From positions 201,414 to 265,413 of the forward strand of contig JAFSYU010000033.1 of the NCBI GenBank assembly GCA_017443595.1: a stretch of 64,000 nt of DNA. The letters run 5' to 3'. The position numbers and the translations under genes are program-made. The notes beneath the pieces are model-generated. The model was not told the origin of the DNA. It worked only from the letters and a program-made list of their open reading frames with translations, and ran no database searches. Below are positions 35,396 to 47,747 of this stretch, piece by piece. This DNA comes from Clostridia bacterium. Its GTDB lineage: Bacteria > Bacillota > Clostridia > Oscillospirales > CAG-272. Numbering within the stretch: position 1 is the first letter of the stretch; each line of letters begins with the position of its first letter.

Positions 35396-36468
35396 ATCAA
35401 AAGTAATATTAAAATACCTATAAGGATCGCTATCGCAACGCGAAGCGGGGATACGGGAGTCTTTCCGGAGATCTTTCCGGTCTCACCGTTGACCATAAAA
35501 TTATATATTTTGTCCTTGTATTTAAACGACGAGATCCAGACCGGCGCGAGCAGATACTTGTATTTTATGTTGTTATAAAATACGTTCATTTTAAGTCTGT
35601 CTACTTTATCCGCGTGCTTGTCTCTTTTTATCTCGCTTGAAATACTGCTTTTTAGAATTTCACTTATGCCTGTTTTGGCGCGTTCCCAGCCCTCGTTTAA
35701 ACCTACGGAATATTTTTCCGCCGCAAATCCGGCAAGATACTGGGGATCATATGTAAGATTGTTAGCCGTATCAAACGGGAGCAGAGATTTTAAAAGCGAC
35801 GTATCGTATCTGTCTGTTGCGATAACGGTATGATCGTCTATAAACTCTCTGTGCGTGCCGGAAACGGAGTACCAGTCAGTCCTCGTATGCGTGTTTCCCT
35901 TGCTGTCAACGTAAGATCTGTCTATACCGTACTTTGCGGAAAAGTCAGTAACCGTATCCGTATCAAAAGTCCATACGGGAATGTATACGCCGCTGAAATG
36001 ACACGGTTCGCAGTTCTTTTTGGCTTTTGACGGGCAGAAGAGTTTCTTTTTTATCCATTTTTTAAATCTGTCCGCAGCGGTGTTCTTTGCTATTTTGAAA
36101 GTGCAGACGCCTACCGGAGCCATCGTGTTTGACTGCGTTTCCATGACCTGATTTGAGCCGCAGTACGGACAGACGGATGAAAGAGTGTTGGCGTCATACA
36201 CGGTTTCGCCTCCGCACGATTTACAGAGGATCGTTCTTGTTGCCGTGCCCCAGTCGCAGTTTTCTCTGTATTCCGCTTTGAAGAAATCCGCTTCCATGCC
36301 GTTGACAGTCGCGCCGTCAGCAGCGTTGATCTCAAATTCAGACTCACAGTAAGGGCACCTGAGCTTCCCGTTTGCGGGGTTGAAATCCATGGTACCGCCG
36401 CAGTTCGGGCATTTTTTATCGGTCTGACGCATGGTATTGCCGATATTTATATTATCCCCGTTGTTCAT
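35377..36468 (-). CDS. Hypothetical protein with double zinc ribbons and a C-terminal membrane anchor
   Basis: CPNCGG...CPYCES and CKSCGG...CPYCGS ribbons. C-terminal TM VAIAILIGILILLLIWMLL. The start is placed at MNNGDN (36468). The N-terminal extension to 36552 lacks support. Confidence 0.65.
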   Translation of the reverse strand: MNNGDNINIGNTMRQTDKKCPNCGGTMDFNPANGKLRCPYCESEFEINAADGATVNGMEADFFKAEYRENCDWGTATRTILCKSCGGETVYDANTLSSVCPYCGSNQVMETQSNTMAPVGVCTFKIAKNTAADRFKKWIKKKLFCPSKAKKNCEPCHFSGVYIPVWTFDTDTVTDFSAKYGIDRSYVDSKGNTHTRTDWYSVSGTHREFIDDHTVIATDRYDTSLLKSLLPFDTANNLTYDPQYLAGFAAEKYSVGLNEGWERAKTGISEILKSSISSEIKRDKHADKVDRLKMNVFYNNIKYKYLLAPVWISSFKYKDKIYNFMVNGETGKISGKTPVSPLRVAIAILIGILILLLIWMLLK

Positions 36469-36713
36469 TTTATATTTCCTTTTATTTTTTCTTAAATAAT
36501 AGCACAAAATCGCGTTTTTGTCAACAACAAAAGTGCATATAACGCAAATCAAAAATACTGTGTAATACGGTGAAACCGCAGAATAATAAGGAATATCCGT
36601 AATTATTTTATAAGTTTATAACACTGTCCGCGTAAGCGGTATAAATAATTGCCTGATTTGGCACTCTGATTGTCAAGTTTACACATAATTCAAAAATATT
36701 ACATAATAAATCC

Positions 36714-36742
36714 TTGAATTTTGGCGTAAATAGTGGTACATT
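36714..36742 (+). promoter_or_regulatory. Sigma-A-type promoter candidate of the hrcA operon
   Basis: TTGAAT (36714-36719), 17 nt, then TACATT (36737-36742). It lies directly upstream of the CIRCE element. Confidence 0.55.
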
Positions 36743-36753
36743 ACATTCAAAGA

Positions 36754-36780
36754 TTAGCACTGATATGTAATGAGTGCTAA
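36754..36780 (+). promoter_or_regulatory. CIRCE operator (HrcA binding site)
   Basis: TTAGCACTG-N9-GAGTGCTAA. This matches the CIRCE consensus TTAGCACTC-N9-GAGTGCTAA at 17 of 18 positions. Confidence 0.93.
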
Positions 36781-36796
36781 CTCCGAAGGAGGAAAT

Positions 36797-37882
36797 ATGG
36801 CGTACGGAGATGAATTGTCACCGAGAAAAAAGCAGATTTTAAAATCGGTGATTGACGCGCATATAGAGCTGGGCGAGCCGGTCGGTTCAAAATATCTGAC
36901 CGCCTCAACGGACATAGGTTTTTCTTCCGCGACTATAAGGAATGAGATGGCGGAGCTTGAAGAGCTCGGATATCTTGAACATCCTCACACGTCCGCCGGC
37001 AGAGTGCCTACTACGCTCGGCTACAGATTTTACGTTGACAGTCTTATGAATGACTACGCGCTGACCGCCAAAGATCTGAGTATCATAAACAAACTCCAGC
37101 AGATAAAAATGACGGAGCTTGATAAAATACTTCAGACCGCAAGCAAGCTTACCGCAGCCGTTACAAACTATACGGGCGTCGCGGTAAAACCGCGTCAAAC
37201 GTATCAGGTCGTAAGATATTACAGGACCGCGCTTATAGACGAGCATAATTTCGTTATATCGTTTATAATGGACGACAATCAGGTAAAATCAAAATTCATA
37301 AGCGTTCCTTTTGCGGTAAACGAAGACGTTCTGAATACTTTGTGCGGCGTATTGAACAACAATATATCCGGCAAAACAAGCGATTCCATAAACCTTCCCG
37401 TGATCATGAAAATGCAGTCGGAAATGGGAGAACACGAAGCGCTCATACCGTACGTAATAAAATGCGTATACGAGATAATAGGCGACGTGGGTATTGACGA
37501 CGTACACTTTGACGGCGTTGAAAATATGCTTGAATATCCGGAATACGCGGACACTTCAAAATTGCGCGAACTGCTTTCACTGTTTGAGAAAAAAGAAGAT
37601 CTGGTTGAACTTGTTCAGGGATCCGATACGGATTCAGTATCCGTCTATATAGGCGGCGAGGAGGAAACCCCGGTAGTCAGCAATTCAACGATAATCGTAA
37701 AACCGCTTAAACGCAACGACAGCGTTATAGGCGCGATAGGCGTTGTGGGACCTAACAGAATGGAATATCCTAAAGTAGTCAAAATAGTTGATTACATTGC
37801 AGATATGATAAACCGTCTGCTTTCAACAAACGCATTGACCGACGGTAAAGAAACACATAAGGAGGAAGACGGAGATGGATGA
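36797..37882 (+). CDS. hrcA: Heat-inducible transcription repressor HrcA
   Basis: LSPRKKQILKSVIDAHIELGEPVGSKYL winged-helix N-terminus. GGAGG precedes the ATG at 36797. The gene sits in CIRCE and grpE-dnaK-dnaJ context. Confidence 0.93.
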   Translation: MAYGDELSPRKKQILKSVIDAHIELGEPVGSKYLTASTDIGFSSATIRNEMAELEELGYLEHPHTSAGRVPTTLGYRFYVDSLMNDYALTAKDLSIINKLQQIKMTELDKILQTASKLTAAVTNYTGVAVKPRQTYQVVRYYRTALIDEHNFVISFIMDDNQVKSKFISVPFAVNEDVLNTLCGVLNNNISGKTSDSINLPVIMKMQSEMGEHEALIPYVIKCVYEIIGDVGIDDVHFDGVENMLEYPEYADTSKLRELLSLFEKKEDLVELVQGSDTDSVSVYIGGEEETPVVSNSTIIVKPLKRNDSVIGAIGVVGPNRMEYPKVVKIVDYIADMINRLLSTNALTDGKETHKEEDGDG

Positions 37883-38474
37883 TGAAAACAAAAACGAAGA
37901 TGAAATAAAAGAAGAAAAAGATCCGGATGATAAAAAAGAAGAAAAACCGGAGACGGAATCGGAAGAGCTTTCATCAAAAGATAAAAAGAACTTAAAAAAG
38001 CACGTCAAAGAGCTCGAAGCAAAGCTTGAAAAAGCTGAAAAAGAAGCAAAAAAAGCAACGGACGCTTTATCAGAGGCAAACGATAAGTATTTAAGAATGC
38101 TTGCCGAATTCGATAACTACAAAAAACGTACCGCAAAAGAAGGCGAAGCAAAATACGCAAACGCCTACTGTGACGCGGTGGAAGCGCTGCTGCCGGTGTT
38201 TGACAATATCGAACGCGCGGCGGAATACGCGTCCGACGAGCAGAGCAAAAACGGACTTTTGCTCATAATATCAAATTTTAAAGACGTTTTATCAAAAATG
38301 GGCATTACGCAGATAGGTGAACCGGGAGAGGAATTCAATGCCGATATCCACAGCGCCGTAATGCACGTTGAAGATGAATCACTCGGCGAAAACACCGTAG
38401 CCGAGGTATTCCAGAAGGGATACAAAAAAGGTGATAAAATAATAAGATATGCGGCCGTTAAGGTAGCAAATTGA
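37875..38474 (+). CDS. grpE: Nucleotide exchange factor GrpE
   Basis: Acidic and Lys-rich N-terminus, coiled coil, [14 protein letters not shown], and a C-terminal beta domain. It overlaps the hrcA end by 8 nt. Confidence 0.93.
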   Translation: MDDENKNEDEIKEEKDPDDKKEEKPETESEELSSKDKKNLKKHVKELEAKLEKAEKEAKKATDALSEANDKYLRMLAEFDNYKKRTAKEGEAKYANAYCDAVEALLPVFDNIERAAEYASDEQSKNGLLLIISNFKDVLSKMGITQIGEPGEEFNADIHSAVMHVEDESLGENTVAEVFQKGYKKGDKIIRYAAVKVAN

Positions 38475-38492
38475 TAAATCAGGAGGAAATAA

Positions 38493-40343
<1,851 letters not shown>

Positions 40344-40413
40344 TTTTAAAAAAGAAGCACCGGGCAGACGTTTTTCGCCTGCCCGGCATACGATATTACG
40401 GAGATAAGACCAA

Positions 40414-41547
40414 ATGGCAGACAAAAGAGATTATTACGAAGTTTTGGGGATAGAAAAGGGCGCGTCGGACGACGATATAAAGCACGCTTACAGAACTCTT
40501 GCAAAGAAATATCACCCCGATATGAATCCGGGAGACGCGGAAGCCGAGAAACACTTTAAAGAAGTAAACGAGGCATATGAAGTCCTCTCGGACCCGGATA
40601 AACGCGCAAAGTACGATCAGTACGGACACGCGGGCTTTGACCAGTCGTTCGGAGGCGGCGGATATCAGTACAGCGGCGGCGGATTTGACTTTGATCTGGG
40701 CAGTATTTTCGGAGATTTCTTCGGCGGCGGATTCGGAACAAGAAGCGGAGGACAGCGTCAGACAACGGGTAAAAGCGTATACCAGAGAGTTTATCTGACC
40801 TTCGAAGAGGCAGCGTTCGGCTGCAAAAAGGAGATCAGCTACCCGCGTATAGAAATGTGTCCCGACTGCGGCGGATCAGGCGCGGCAAAAGGCACCTCAC
40901 CGGTAACTTGCGCGAAATGCGGCGGACGCGGTACCATAACGACGTCACAGCGCACGATGTTCGGCGTTATGCAGCAGCAGACTGCGTGTCCCGACTGCGG
41001 CGGCAGAGGAAAGATCGTACCCAATCCGTGTCCTAACTGCAAAGGCAAAGGTTTTATCCGTATCAACAAGAAAGTTGAAGTCAACATACCGGCCGGTATT
41101 GACGACGGTCAGCAGCTTACCGTAAGAGGTCAGGGCAACGTCAGCACAAACGGCGGCGCGGCAGGCGACCTTATAATCGAAGTGAACGTAAAACCGCACA
41201 ACGTATTTGTAAGAGAAAATTACAATATATTCTGTGAAATACCTATAACGTTCGTTGAAGCGGCGCTCGGCGCGGAAATAGACGTCCCGAGCCTTGAAGG
41301 AAACGTTAAATTCAATATACCGGAGGGAACGCAGTCCGGAACGAGTTTCAAGATCGCCGGAAAAGGCATAAAATACGTCAATGCAAACAAGCGCGGCGAT
41401 CTGATATTCACGGTCGTCGTGGAAACGCCGAAGAACTTAAACGAAAAACAGAAACAAATGTTAAGAGATTTCGGCGTATCGTGCGGAAAAAACAATTTCA
41501 AAGGCAAGCAAAAGTTTTTTGATAAAATTTTCAAGGATAAAAAGTAA
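40414..41547 (+). CDS. dnaJ: Co-chaperone DnaJ
   Basis: J-domain with HPD (YHPDMNPGD), a Gly/Phe-rich region, and four CxxCxGxG zinc motifs. Confidence 0.97.
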   Translation: MADKRDYYEVLGIEKGASDDDIKHAYRTLAKKYHPDMNPGDAEAEKHFKEVNEAYEVLSDPDKRAKYDQYGHAGFDQSFGGGGYQYSGGGFDFDLGSIFGDFFGGGFGTRSGGQRQTTGKSVYQRVYLTFEEAAFGCKKEISYPRIEMCPDCGGSGAAKGTSPVTCAKCGGRGTITTSQRTMFGVMQQQTACPDCGGRGKIVPNPCPNCKGKGFIRINKKVEVNIPAGIDDGQQLTVRGQGNVSTNGGAAGDLIIEVNVKPHNVFVRENYNIFCEIPITFVEAALGAEIDVPSLEGNVKFNIPEGTQSGTSFKIAGKGIKYVNANKRGDLIFTVVVETPKNLNEKQKQMLRDFGVSCGKNNFKGKQKFFDKIFKDKK

Positions 41548-42461
41548 TGGATTACAGACAGATAAAAGTAAGCTGTAAAACGGAAGATCTTGACAGAGTA
41601 TGCGCGGTCATGAGCATGATAGACAACGGGCTTATGATAGAGGATTATTCCGATCTTGACGAGACGTTCAAAAACGTATACGCTGATCTGATAGAAGACG
41701 ATCTTTTAGCCGCGGATAAAAAACACGCTGCTGTCAGCGTATTCATATCGGAAGAAAGAAACGTTGAGGAAGCTTTGTATTTTCTTAAAGAAAGAATATC
41801 AGCAGACGGAATAAAATGCAGTCCCGAAGTCATAAACGTGTCTGACGAGGACTGGGCAAACTCCTGGAAGAAATACTATCATCCCATAAAAGCCGGCGAG
41901 CGTATCGTTATAGTTCCGGCATGGGAAGAATACGAAAAAAAAGATAACGAGCTGATACTTAAAATGGATCCGGGAATGGCTTTCGGCGCCGGAACGCACG
42001 AGACGACAAGGCTTGTAATCAAAGAAATAGAAAATTACATAAAACCGAATCAAACCGTGCTTGATGTCGGGACGGGAAGCGGGATTTTGTCTATTGCGGC
42101 GTCGCTGCTCGGCGCGTCGTCGATCAACGCTTACGATATCGACCCAACAGCCGTAAGGATTGCAAAAGAAAACGCGAAAGATAACGGCTGCGAAAATATA
42201 AAAGTTGACGTGTCTGATCTTTTATCAAACGTAGAGCAAAAACAGTACGATCTGATCTGCGCCAATATAGTTGCCGATATCATTATTAGAATGAGCAAAG
42301 ATCTGCATAAATTCGCACACAAAGGCACGGTATTCATCGCTTCCGGTATTCTTACGGAGCGAAGGGACGAAGTGCTTGACGCTATGAAAAAAACGCCGTT
42401 TGGATACGTGTCCGAAGTATCTGAAAACGGCTGGTGCGTAATTGTTTTTGAACACAAATAA
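41547..42461 (+). CDS. prmA: Ribosomal protein L11 methyltransferase
   Basis: DPGMAFGAGTHETT and SAM motif VLDVGTGSGILSIAA. A TAATG overlap with dnaJ gives the classical dnaJ-prmA order. Confidence 0.92.
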   Translation: MDYRQIKVSCKTEDLDRVCAVMSMIDNGLMIEDYSDLDETFKNVYADLIEDDLLAADKKHAAVSVFISEERNVEEALYFLKERISADGIKCSPEVINVSDEDWANSWKKYYHPIKAGERIVIVPAWEEYEKKDNELILKMDPGMAFGAGTHETTRLVIKEIENYIKPNQTVLDVGTGSGILSIAASLLGASSINAYDIDPTAVRIAKENAKDNGCENIKVDVSDLLSNVEQKQYDLICANIVADIIIRMSKDLHKFAHKGTVFIASGILTERRDEVLDAMKKTPFGYVSEVSENGWCVIVFEHK

Positions 42462-42477
42462 AATATAATTTCTTAAA

Positions 42478-42510
42478 CGCCTGTTCAGTTATTGAGCGGG
42501 CGTTTTTGTT
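42478..42510 (+). terminator. Rho-independent terminator of the dnaK operon
   Basis: A 10-bp stem cgcctgttca/tgagcgggcg (two G-U pairs), loop gttat, then tttttgttt. Confidence 0.65.
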
Positions 42511-42609
42511 TACATTTAACAGCTTATTTTATTATTGGTAAAATGATATACATTAAATCCGGGCCTTAATGTGATAGAATTATAACAACAAACAGAAAGG
42601 ATAAAACAA

Positions 42610-44301
42610 ATGGCAAAACTTACTGATAAATACGAGGCGCTGCAGTCGGATCAGACAGACCCGAGAACACGCAGATACCTTACGCCCAAAAGAGTTGTTT
42701 TAACAAAAGGAAACGTAAAAAACGAGCAGTCTCTTTTGATCGAAAAAGATAACCAGGTAGCGTTGAGCGAGCCTGTCGTATGTTCGCTTGCAAACGAAGC
42801 GGAAGGTGAAAACGCGGCTGTGCTTGTGGATTTCGGCATAGAATTCAGCGGCTCGGCAAGAATAATGATAGTAGGTGTCGGCGGCAACCCGCGCGCTAAT
42901 ATACTTGTCCGTACCGGCGAAAGCGTTATGGAAGCGCTCACGCCGCTTGGAGAGAAAAACACTACGAACGATCACGCGATCCGCGACAGAATAATGAACG
43001 TCGGATTCTATTGCGCAAATGAAACAAACGAATCCGGTTTCAGATTTTTATACGTAGAACTGCTTGACAAAAATTCATCTATAACTATAAAAGCTCTGCA
43101 GGGCGTATTCCACTACAGAGACCTTGATTATATCGGATCGTTTGAATGTAACGATACGAGAGTCAACCAAATATGGGAGACCGCGGCGTATACCGCACAT
43201 CTCAATATGCAGGAATATCTGTGGGATGGAATAAAGCGCGACAGACTTGTATGGATCGGTGATATGCACACCGAGGTAATGACTATACTTGCAACGTTCG
43301 GATTTAACGACGTTGTTCCGAAATCACTTGATCACGTAAGAAATCAGACTCCGATCGGTACGTGGATGAACGGTATTACCGCGTATTCAATATGGTGGCT
43401 GCTTATCCATTACGAATGGTATATGCACTTTGCTGATAAGAATTATCTGAAAGAACAACACGATTATATGAAGTCTTTGTTGGTAGAACTTTCAAAGTGC
43501 GTAGGTGATGACGGACAGGAAATTCTGCCCGGCAGAAGATTCCTTGACTGGCCGAATAATGAAGACGAGGTCGCAAAACACGCCGGACTTCAGGGCTTGC
43601 TGAAATTAGCGTTTGATCAGGGCGCATTTCTTATGAGTGAATTAGGCGATGCTGAAACAGCAGATATTTGCAAAAAAACGTCCGAGAAGATACTGAAATA
43701 CGCGGACCCGGACTGCAACGGCTCAAAACAGGCTGCGTCGCTTCTTTCACTGTCAGGAATATCGGATCCGAAAATGATAAATGAAAAGATCCTTAAACCG
43801 AACGGAGCGCACGGATATTCAACGTTTTTCGGTTACTACACGCTTGCCGCAAAAACCCTGGCTGATGACGCGGAAGGAGCGCTGTCCGATATGAAAGAAT
43901 ACTGGGGCGGTATGCTTGATATGGGCGCAACGACTTTCTGGGAGGATTTCAATCTTGAATGGCTTGATAACGCCGCACCTATCGACGACGTTGTACCGGA
44001 AGGAAAGATCGATATACACGGTGATTACGGCGCATACTGTTACGTCAAATTCCGTCACAGCCTCTGTCACGGCTGGGCGTCCGGTCCGTGCCCGTGGCTT
44101 TCAAGATACGTTTTAGGCGTACAGGTAACGGAACCCGGGTGCAAAAAGGTCAAAATCGAGCCGCATCTTTGCGGATTGACGTTTGCAAAGGGAACGTATC
44201 CCACGCCTTACGGACCTATAGAAGTAGCGCATTATATGCGTGACGACGGCACAGTAAAATCCGAGATATTACTGCCGGAAGAAATAGAACTTGAAATATA
44301 A
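42610..44301 (+). CDS. Cytoplasmic six-hairpin glycoside hydrolase, GH78 (alpha-L-rhamnosidase)-like, short form
   Basis: WDGIKRDRLVWIGDMH resembles the GH78 QRDERxGWxGD block. The C-terminal pattern TTFWEDF...HGWASGP is typical of rhamnosidase-type (alpha/alpha)6 barrels. The family assignment is tentative. Confidence 0.55.
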   Translation: MAKLTDKYEALQSDQTDPRTRRYLTPKRVVLTKGNVKNEQSLLIEKDNQVALSEPVVCSLANEAEGENAAVLVDFGIEFSGSARIMIVGVGGNPRANILVRTGESVMEALTPLGEKNTTNDHAIRDRIMNVGFYCANETNESGFRFLYVELLDKNSSITIKALQGVFHYRDLDYIGSFECNDTRVNQIWETAAYTAHLNMQEYLWDGIKRDRLVWIGDMHTEVMTILATFGFNDVVPKSLDHVRNQTPIGTWMNGITAYSIWWLLIHYEWYMHFADKNYLKEQHDYMKSLLVELSKCVGDDGQEILPGRRFLDWPNNEDEVAKHAGLQGLLKLAFDQGAFLMSELGDAETADICKKTSEKILKYADPDCNGSKQAASLLSLSGISDPKMINEKILKPNGAHGYSTFFGYYTLAAKTLADDAEGALSDMKEYWGGMLDMGATTFWEDFNLEWLDNAAPIDDVVPEGKIDIHGDYGAYCYVKFRHSLCHGWASGPCPWLSRYVLGVQVTEPGCKKVKIEPHLCGLTFAKGTYPTPYGPIEVAHYMRDDGTVKSEILLPEEIELEI

Positions 44302-44303
44302 AA

Positions 44304-45515
44304 ATGAAATTTTATACAAGAACAAAAAAACCGCATTTGTATGACGTTCTTGCAGCCGCCGCAGTCGCTGTGGCGGCTGTAGCGGCTTTGAGCATAGCAG
44401 GTAAAGGACAGTATTCAGCAATATGCGCCGTCATTTTTGACATGTTTTTCGTTTACGCTATAGTAAGGCTCGTAACGGCTTTTATAGGTCAGTTACAGTA
44501 TAATCCGTATTCGTATAATATAGTGTACTATTCCGGATTTGCGCTGTTTTTGCTGTTTGTTTTAGTTACGGACGTTATACTCACGGTCAAAATGATAACG
44601 TCTCCGGATATTTACGGGGAAAGTATAATGCTGTTTACGCTGACTGATTCGGCAAAAACTTATATGCTTATATCCGCTCCGTTTATAGCCGTATTTGCCG
44701 TTGCGCTTTGCGTATCTAATATTTCTCTTATCATACACGAAGGCAAAAAACCGTCAAACTTCATAGGAATCATATTCTCGCTGCTTTTGGTCGGCGGTGA
44801 AATATTCCTGTTTAACGCGGATAAAAGCGCGTCCGGCAGTCAGACTCAAGTCATGATACATGATATATTTGTAAATCTGTTTGCGTCGCTGTATCTGTAT
44901 TTTGAATGTATGATAATAGGCGTTATAACAGCAAACGCTATAGTTATACATAACGAACCGGAGCCGGACAGGGATTTTATAATCATCTTAGGCTGCTGGA
45001 TAGGCGAGGACGGAAAGATAACTCCGCTTCTGCGCGGCAGAGTCGAGCGCGCGATAGAATTTGCCGAAAAGCAGGAAAAGCTCACCGGCAAAAAAACGAT
45101 ATTCATAACGTCCGGCGGTAAAGGCAGTGACGAAAAAATGTCGGAAAGCGCCGCTATGAAACAGTGCCTGATCGAGAACGGCATACCGGAAGACAGGATG
45201 ATTGAAGAAAATCAGTCTACTACTACCGTTGAAAATATGGTCTTTTCAAAAAAGATCATAGACGGAATAAATAAAGACGCGAAAGTCTCGTATGCGACGA
45301 CGGGTTATCACGTGTTCAGAAGCGGGATATTTGCAAGGCACGCTCACATTCCGAAAGTAACGGGCATAGGCTCAAAAACAAAATGGTATTTCTGGCCTAA
45401 CGCCGCCGTGCGTGAGTTCGGCGGACTGCTTATAGAACACAGAGGAAAACAGGCTATTATATTTACAAGCCTGTGTTTGATCTACGTTATATTAACCATA
45501 CTTGCTTACAGATAA
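44304..45515 (+). CDS. Membrane protein with a C-terminal YdcF/ElyC (DUF218) domain
   Basis: Multiple N-terminal TM helices. DUF218 pattern DFIIILGCWIGEDGKITPLLRGRVERAIEF...TTGYHVFRS. Confidence 0.7.
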   Translation: MKFYTRTKKPHLYDVLAAAAVAVAAVAALSIAGKGQYSAICAVIFDMFFVYAIVRLVTAFIGQLQYNPYSYNIVYYSGFALFLLFVLVTDVILTVKMITSPDIYGESIMLFTLTDSAKTYMLISAPFIAVFAVALCVSNISLIIHEGKKPSNFIGIIFSLLLVGGEIFLFNADKSASGSQTQVMIHDIFVNLFASLYLYFECMIIGVITANAIVIHNEPEPDRDFIIILGCWIGEDGKITPLLRGRVERAIEFAEKQEKLTGKKTIFITSGGKGSDEKMSESAAMKQCLIENGIPEDRMIEENQSTTTVENMVFSKKIIDGINKDAKVSYATTGYHVFRSGIFARHAHIPKVTGIGSKTKWYFWPNAAVREFGGLLIEHRGKQAIIFTSLCLIYVILTILAYR

Positions 45516-45525
45516 AAGGTGAAAA

Positions 45526-46035
45526 ATGGCTGATCTGCTTGTTAAACTGTATGATATTAAAGACTGCCCCGAGCTTATAGACGAGCTTGAAAAAAAGGAC
45601 ATACATATTATTCGCGTACTGTCACCGGATAAATATAAAGTCCTTGATTTTGTGGAGGAACAGTTTTCAAAAGGCTGGCGAAGCGAGTGCGAAGCGGGGT
45701 TTTATAACACTCCTGTTTCCGTTTTCGCCGCGGTCACAAATAAAAAAGTCATAGGCTTTGCCTGCTACGACGCAACGGCTCGCGGCTATTTCGGTCCTAC
45801 CGGCGTCGCGCCTGAATACAGACGCATGGGCGTAGGACGCGCGCTTATGATAAAATGCCTTTTGTCAATGCGTGAATACGGCTACGGATATGCGATAATC
45901 GGCTGGGCGGCGGGCTCCGCAAAGCATTTCTACGAAACGTACGCCGGCGCTGTCGAGATACCGGATTCGTTTCCCGGCGTTTACAGCCGCTATATAAACG
46001 TAGCCTGCGCTGATGACAAAGGAGAAGAAAAATGA
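45526..46035 (+). CDS. GNAT family N-acetyltransferase
   Basis: GNAT motif A: GVAPEYRRMGVGRALMIKCL. Confidence 0.8.
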   Translation: MADLLVKLYDIKDCPELIDELEKKDIHIIRVLSPDKYKVLDFVEEQFSKGWRSECEAGFYNTPVSVFAAVTNKKVIGFACYDATARGYFGPTGVAPEYRRMGVGRALMIKCLLSMREYGYGYAIIGWAAGSAKHFYETYAGAVEIPDSFPGVYSRYINVACADDKGEEK

Positions 46036-46577
46036 CGCTCCTTGACGCCGCAAAATCGTTTTTGAACGGCAAAATCAAAGACGACGATACGCTCGTTGAT
46101 TTTACAATGGGAAACGGTCACGACACCGCGTATCTTTGCTCGCTTGTACCAAACGGAAAAGTCTTCGCCTTTGATATTCAAAAAGAAGCTCTGCGTAACA
46201 CGGCGGAGCTTCTGAAAGAAAAAGGTTATAAAAACGCGGAACTCATTCTTGACAGTCACGCGAATATAGCTAAATATGTCACGCATTTTAAATGCGGTAT
46301 GTTCAATTTAGGTTACCGTCCCGGAGGTGACAAATCCGTTACAACGCTTACCGAAAGCACGCTCAAAGCCGTGACGGACGGTATAGAGCTTATGGAAAAA
46401 GGCGGCGTTCTCGTGATATCCGTCTATCCCGGTCACGCGGAAGGCGCAAACGAGGGCAGAGCGTTGTACGAGCTTTTGTCAACGTATGATAAAGTATATT
46501 ATTCCGTCGTACAATACCGCATGATAAACTCGCCGGACAGCCCGTTTATATTCGCAGTTGAGAAATATGATAAATAA
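46032..46577 (+). CDS. Class I SAM-dependent methyltransferase of the YtqB/MnmM (rRNA_methylase) family
   Basis: LVDFTMGNGHDTAYL, VFAFDIQKEAL, FNLGYRPGGDKSVTT, and VISVYPGHAEG. ATGA overlap with the upstream GNAT gene. Confidence 0.75.
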   Translation: MTLLDAAKSFLNGKIKDDDTLVDFTMGNGHDTAYLCSLVPNGKVFAFDIQKEALRNTAELLKEKGYKNAELILDSHANIAKYVTHFKCGMFNLGYRPGGDKSVTTLTESTLKAVTDGIELMEKGGVLVISVYPGHAEGANEGRALYELLSTYDKVYYSVVQYRMINSPDSPFIFAVEKYDK

Positions 46578-46581
46578 ACTT

Positions 46582-46607
46582 TTGCCGCCGGAGAAATCCG
46601 GCGGCAA
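46582..46607. terminator. Bidirectional terminator between convergent genes
   Basis: ttgccgccgga-gaaa-tccggcggcaa. Confidence 0.7.
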
Positions 46608-46687
46608 TAAAGCTTTCAATACTCCTTAGCAAATACATACATCTAATGCTGTATAGACGAAAGCTATCAAAAGGAAATGGAATGATA

Positions 46688-47518
46688 TCAAAGCAACGCG
46701 GTTGTTCTTGCTCCATTATAATAGTAATAATTACACGGTCTTTCAATCATATTGCGAGAAAAAATCAGCATCGAAACAAATGCAATCGCACCGCTTGTAT
46801 CGACAGTGTAGACTGTCTCATCGCCGTCATCGATCTCAAGAGTGTTCGCATAAAGCAAAGAGTATTTTCGTAAAACACAAAGTATCTCGCTTGCTCGTTC
46901 CGGAGGCAGATTCAACTCCCTTGAAATAAGTTTGTTTGTGAATTGTTTTCTTTGGTCTTTGCGTTTTAAAATGTAAATCAATGAATCAAAAACGTCTTTT
47001 TTGCTCAGTTCTTCAAACAGCGATTGATAATCAATATTGTCAAGCAACGCAGTATTCTTGTCTTTTATTTCCGGTACCGAAAGAAAATATCTGATCTTAT
47101 TTCCAATGCACATGTCCGTAAAGCCGTAGTCTGTCAGCATTTTCGAGTATACCTCATGGTTTGAATCGCTCTCCTCATACATAAGCGGTCCGATTTGTGC
47201 AAACAACCCCGCTTCCGCCATCGAGCAAATCTCGAATGATTTTTCAACCTGGTTTTCGTATTTTTCCGATTGGATTGTTGCTGTTATCGCCTGTGCCAGC
47301 CCCGATCCGCTTACCTTACCGCGCCCGAAAATCTCGTCTGTTGTGACGCCGAAATAGTCAGCAATCGCGGGAATATGCTCTATATCCGGCGTGCCGCCGT
47401 TTTCCCATTTGGAAACAGCCTGCGCAGACACGTTCAAATAACTCGCAAGTTCCTCTTGTTTTACACCTTTTTCTTTTCTTAAATTGGCAATTATTTGCCC
47501 TATATTTTTAATATCCAT
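46688..47518 (-). CDS. XRE-family helix-turn-helix transcriptional regulator with an uncharacterised C-terminal domain
   Basis: HTH_3 pattern IANLRKEKGVKQEELASYLNVSAQAVSKWENG. Confidence 0.8.
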   Translation of the reverse strand: MDIKNIGQIIANLRKEKGVKQEELASYLNVSAQAVSKWENGGTPDIEHIPAIADYFGVTTDEIFGRGKVSGSGLAQAITATIQSEKYENQVEKSFEICSMAEAGLFAQIGPLMYEESDSNHEVYSKMLTDYGFTDMCIGNKIRYFLSVPEIKDKNTALLDNIDYQSLFEELSKKDVFDSLIYILKRKDQRKQFTNKLISRELNLPPERASEILCVLRKYSLLYANTLEIDDGDETVYTVDTSGAIAFVSMLIFSRNMIERPCNYYYYNGARTTALL

Positions 47519-47702
47519 ATATCCTCCTAAGTTTTTTTGCTGTGTCGACCCAGCATCAATAGTATATCACGAGCGTGGGTTGAAGTCAAGAGACGCAAAA
47601 TTGAACAAAACAAACGTCGTTTGCGCTTGCTTTGTGCAAACAACCGTCAGTTGTTTAAAATTTGTACTATGAATTCAATCATAACGGCTGATTATAAAAG
47701 CA

Positions 47703-47738
47703 GAAGGGGAAGCTATTTTCATGCGTATCTTCCCCTTC
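47703..47738 (-). terminator. Terminator candidate after the DUF1015 gene
   Basis: A 10-bp stem gaaggggaag/cttccccttc with a 16-nt loop. On the minus strand it is followed by TGCTTTTAT. Confidence 0.45.
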
Positions 47739-47747
47739 GCGGTTCTT

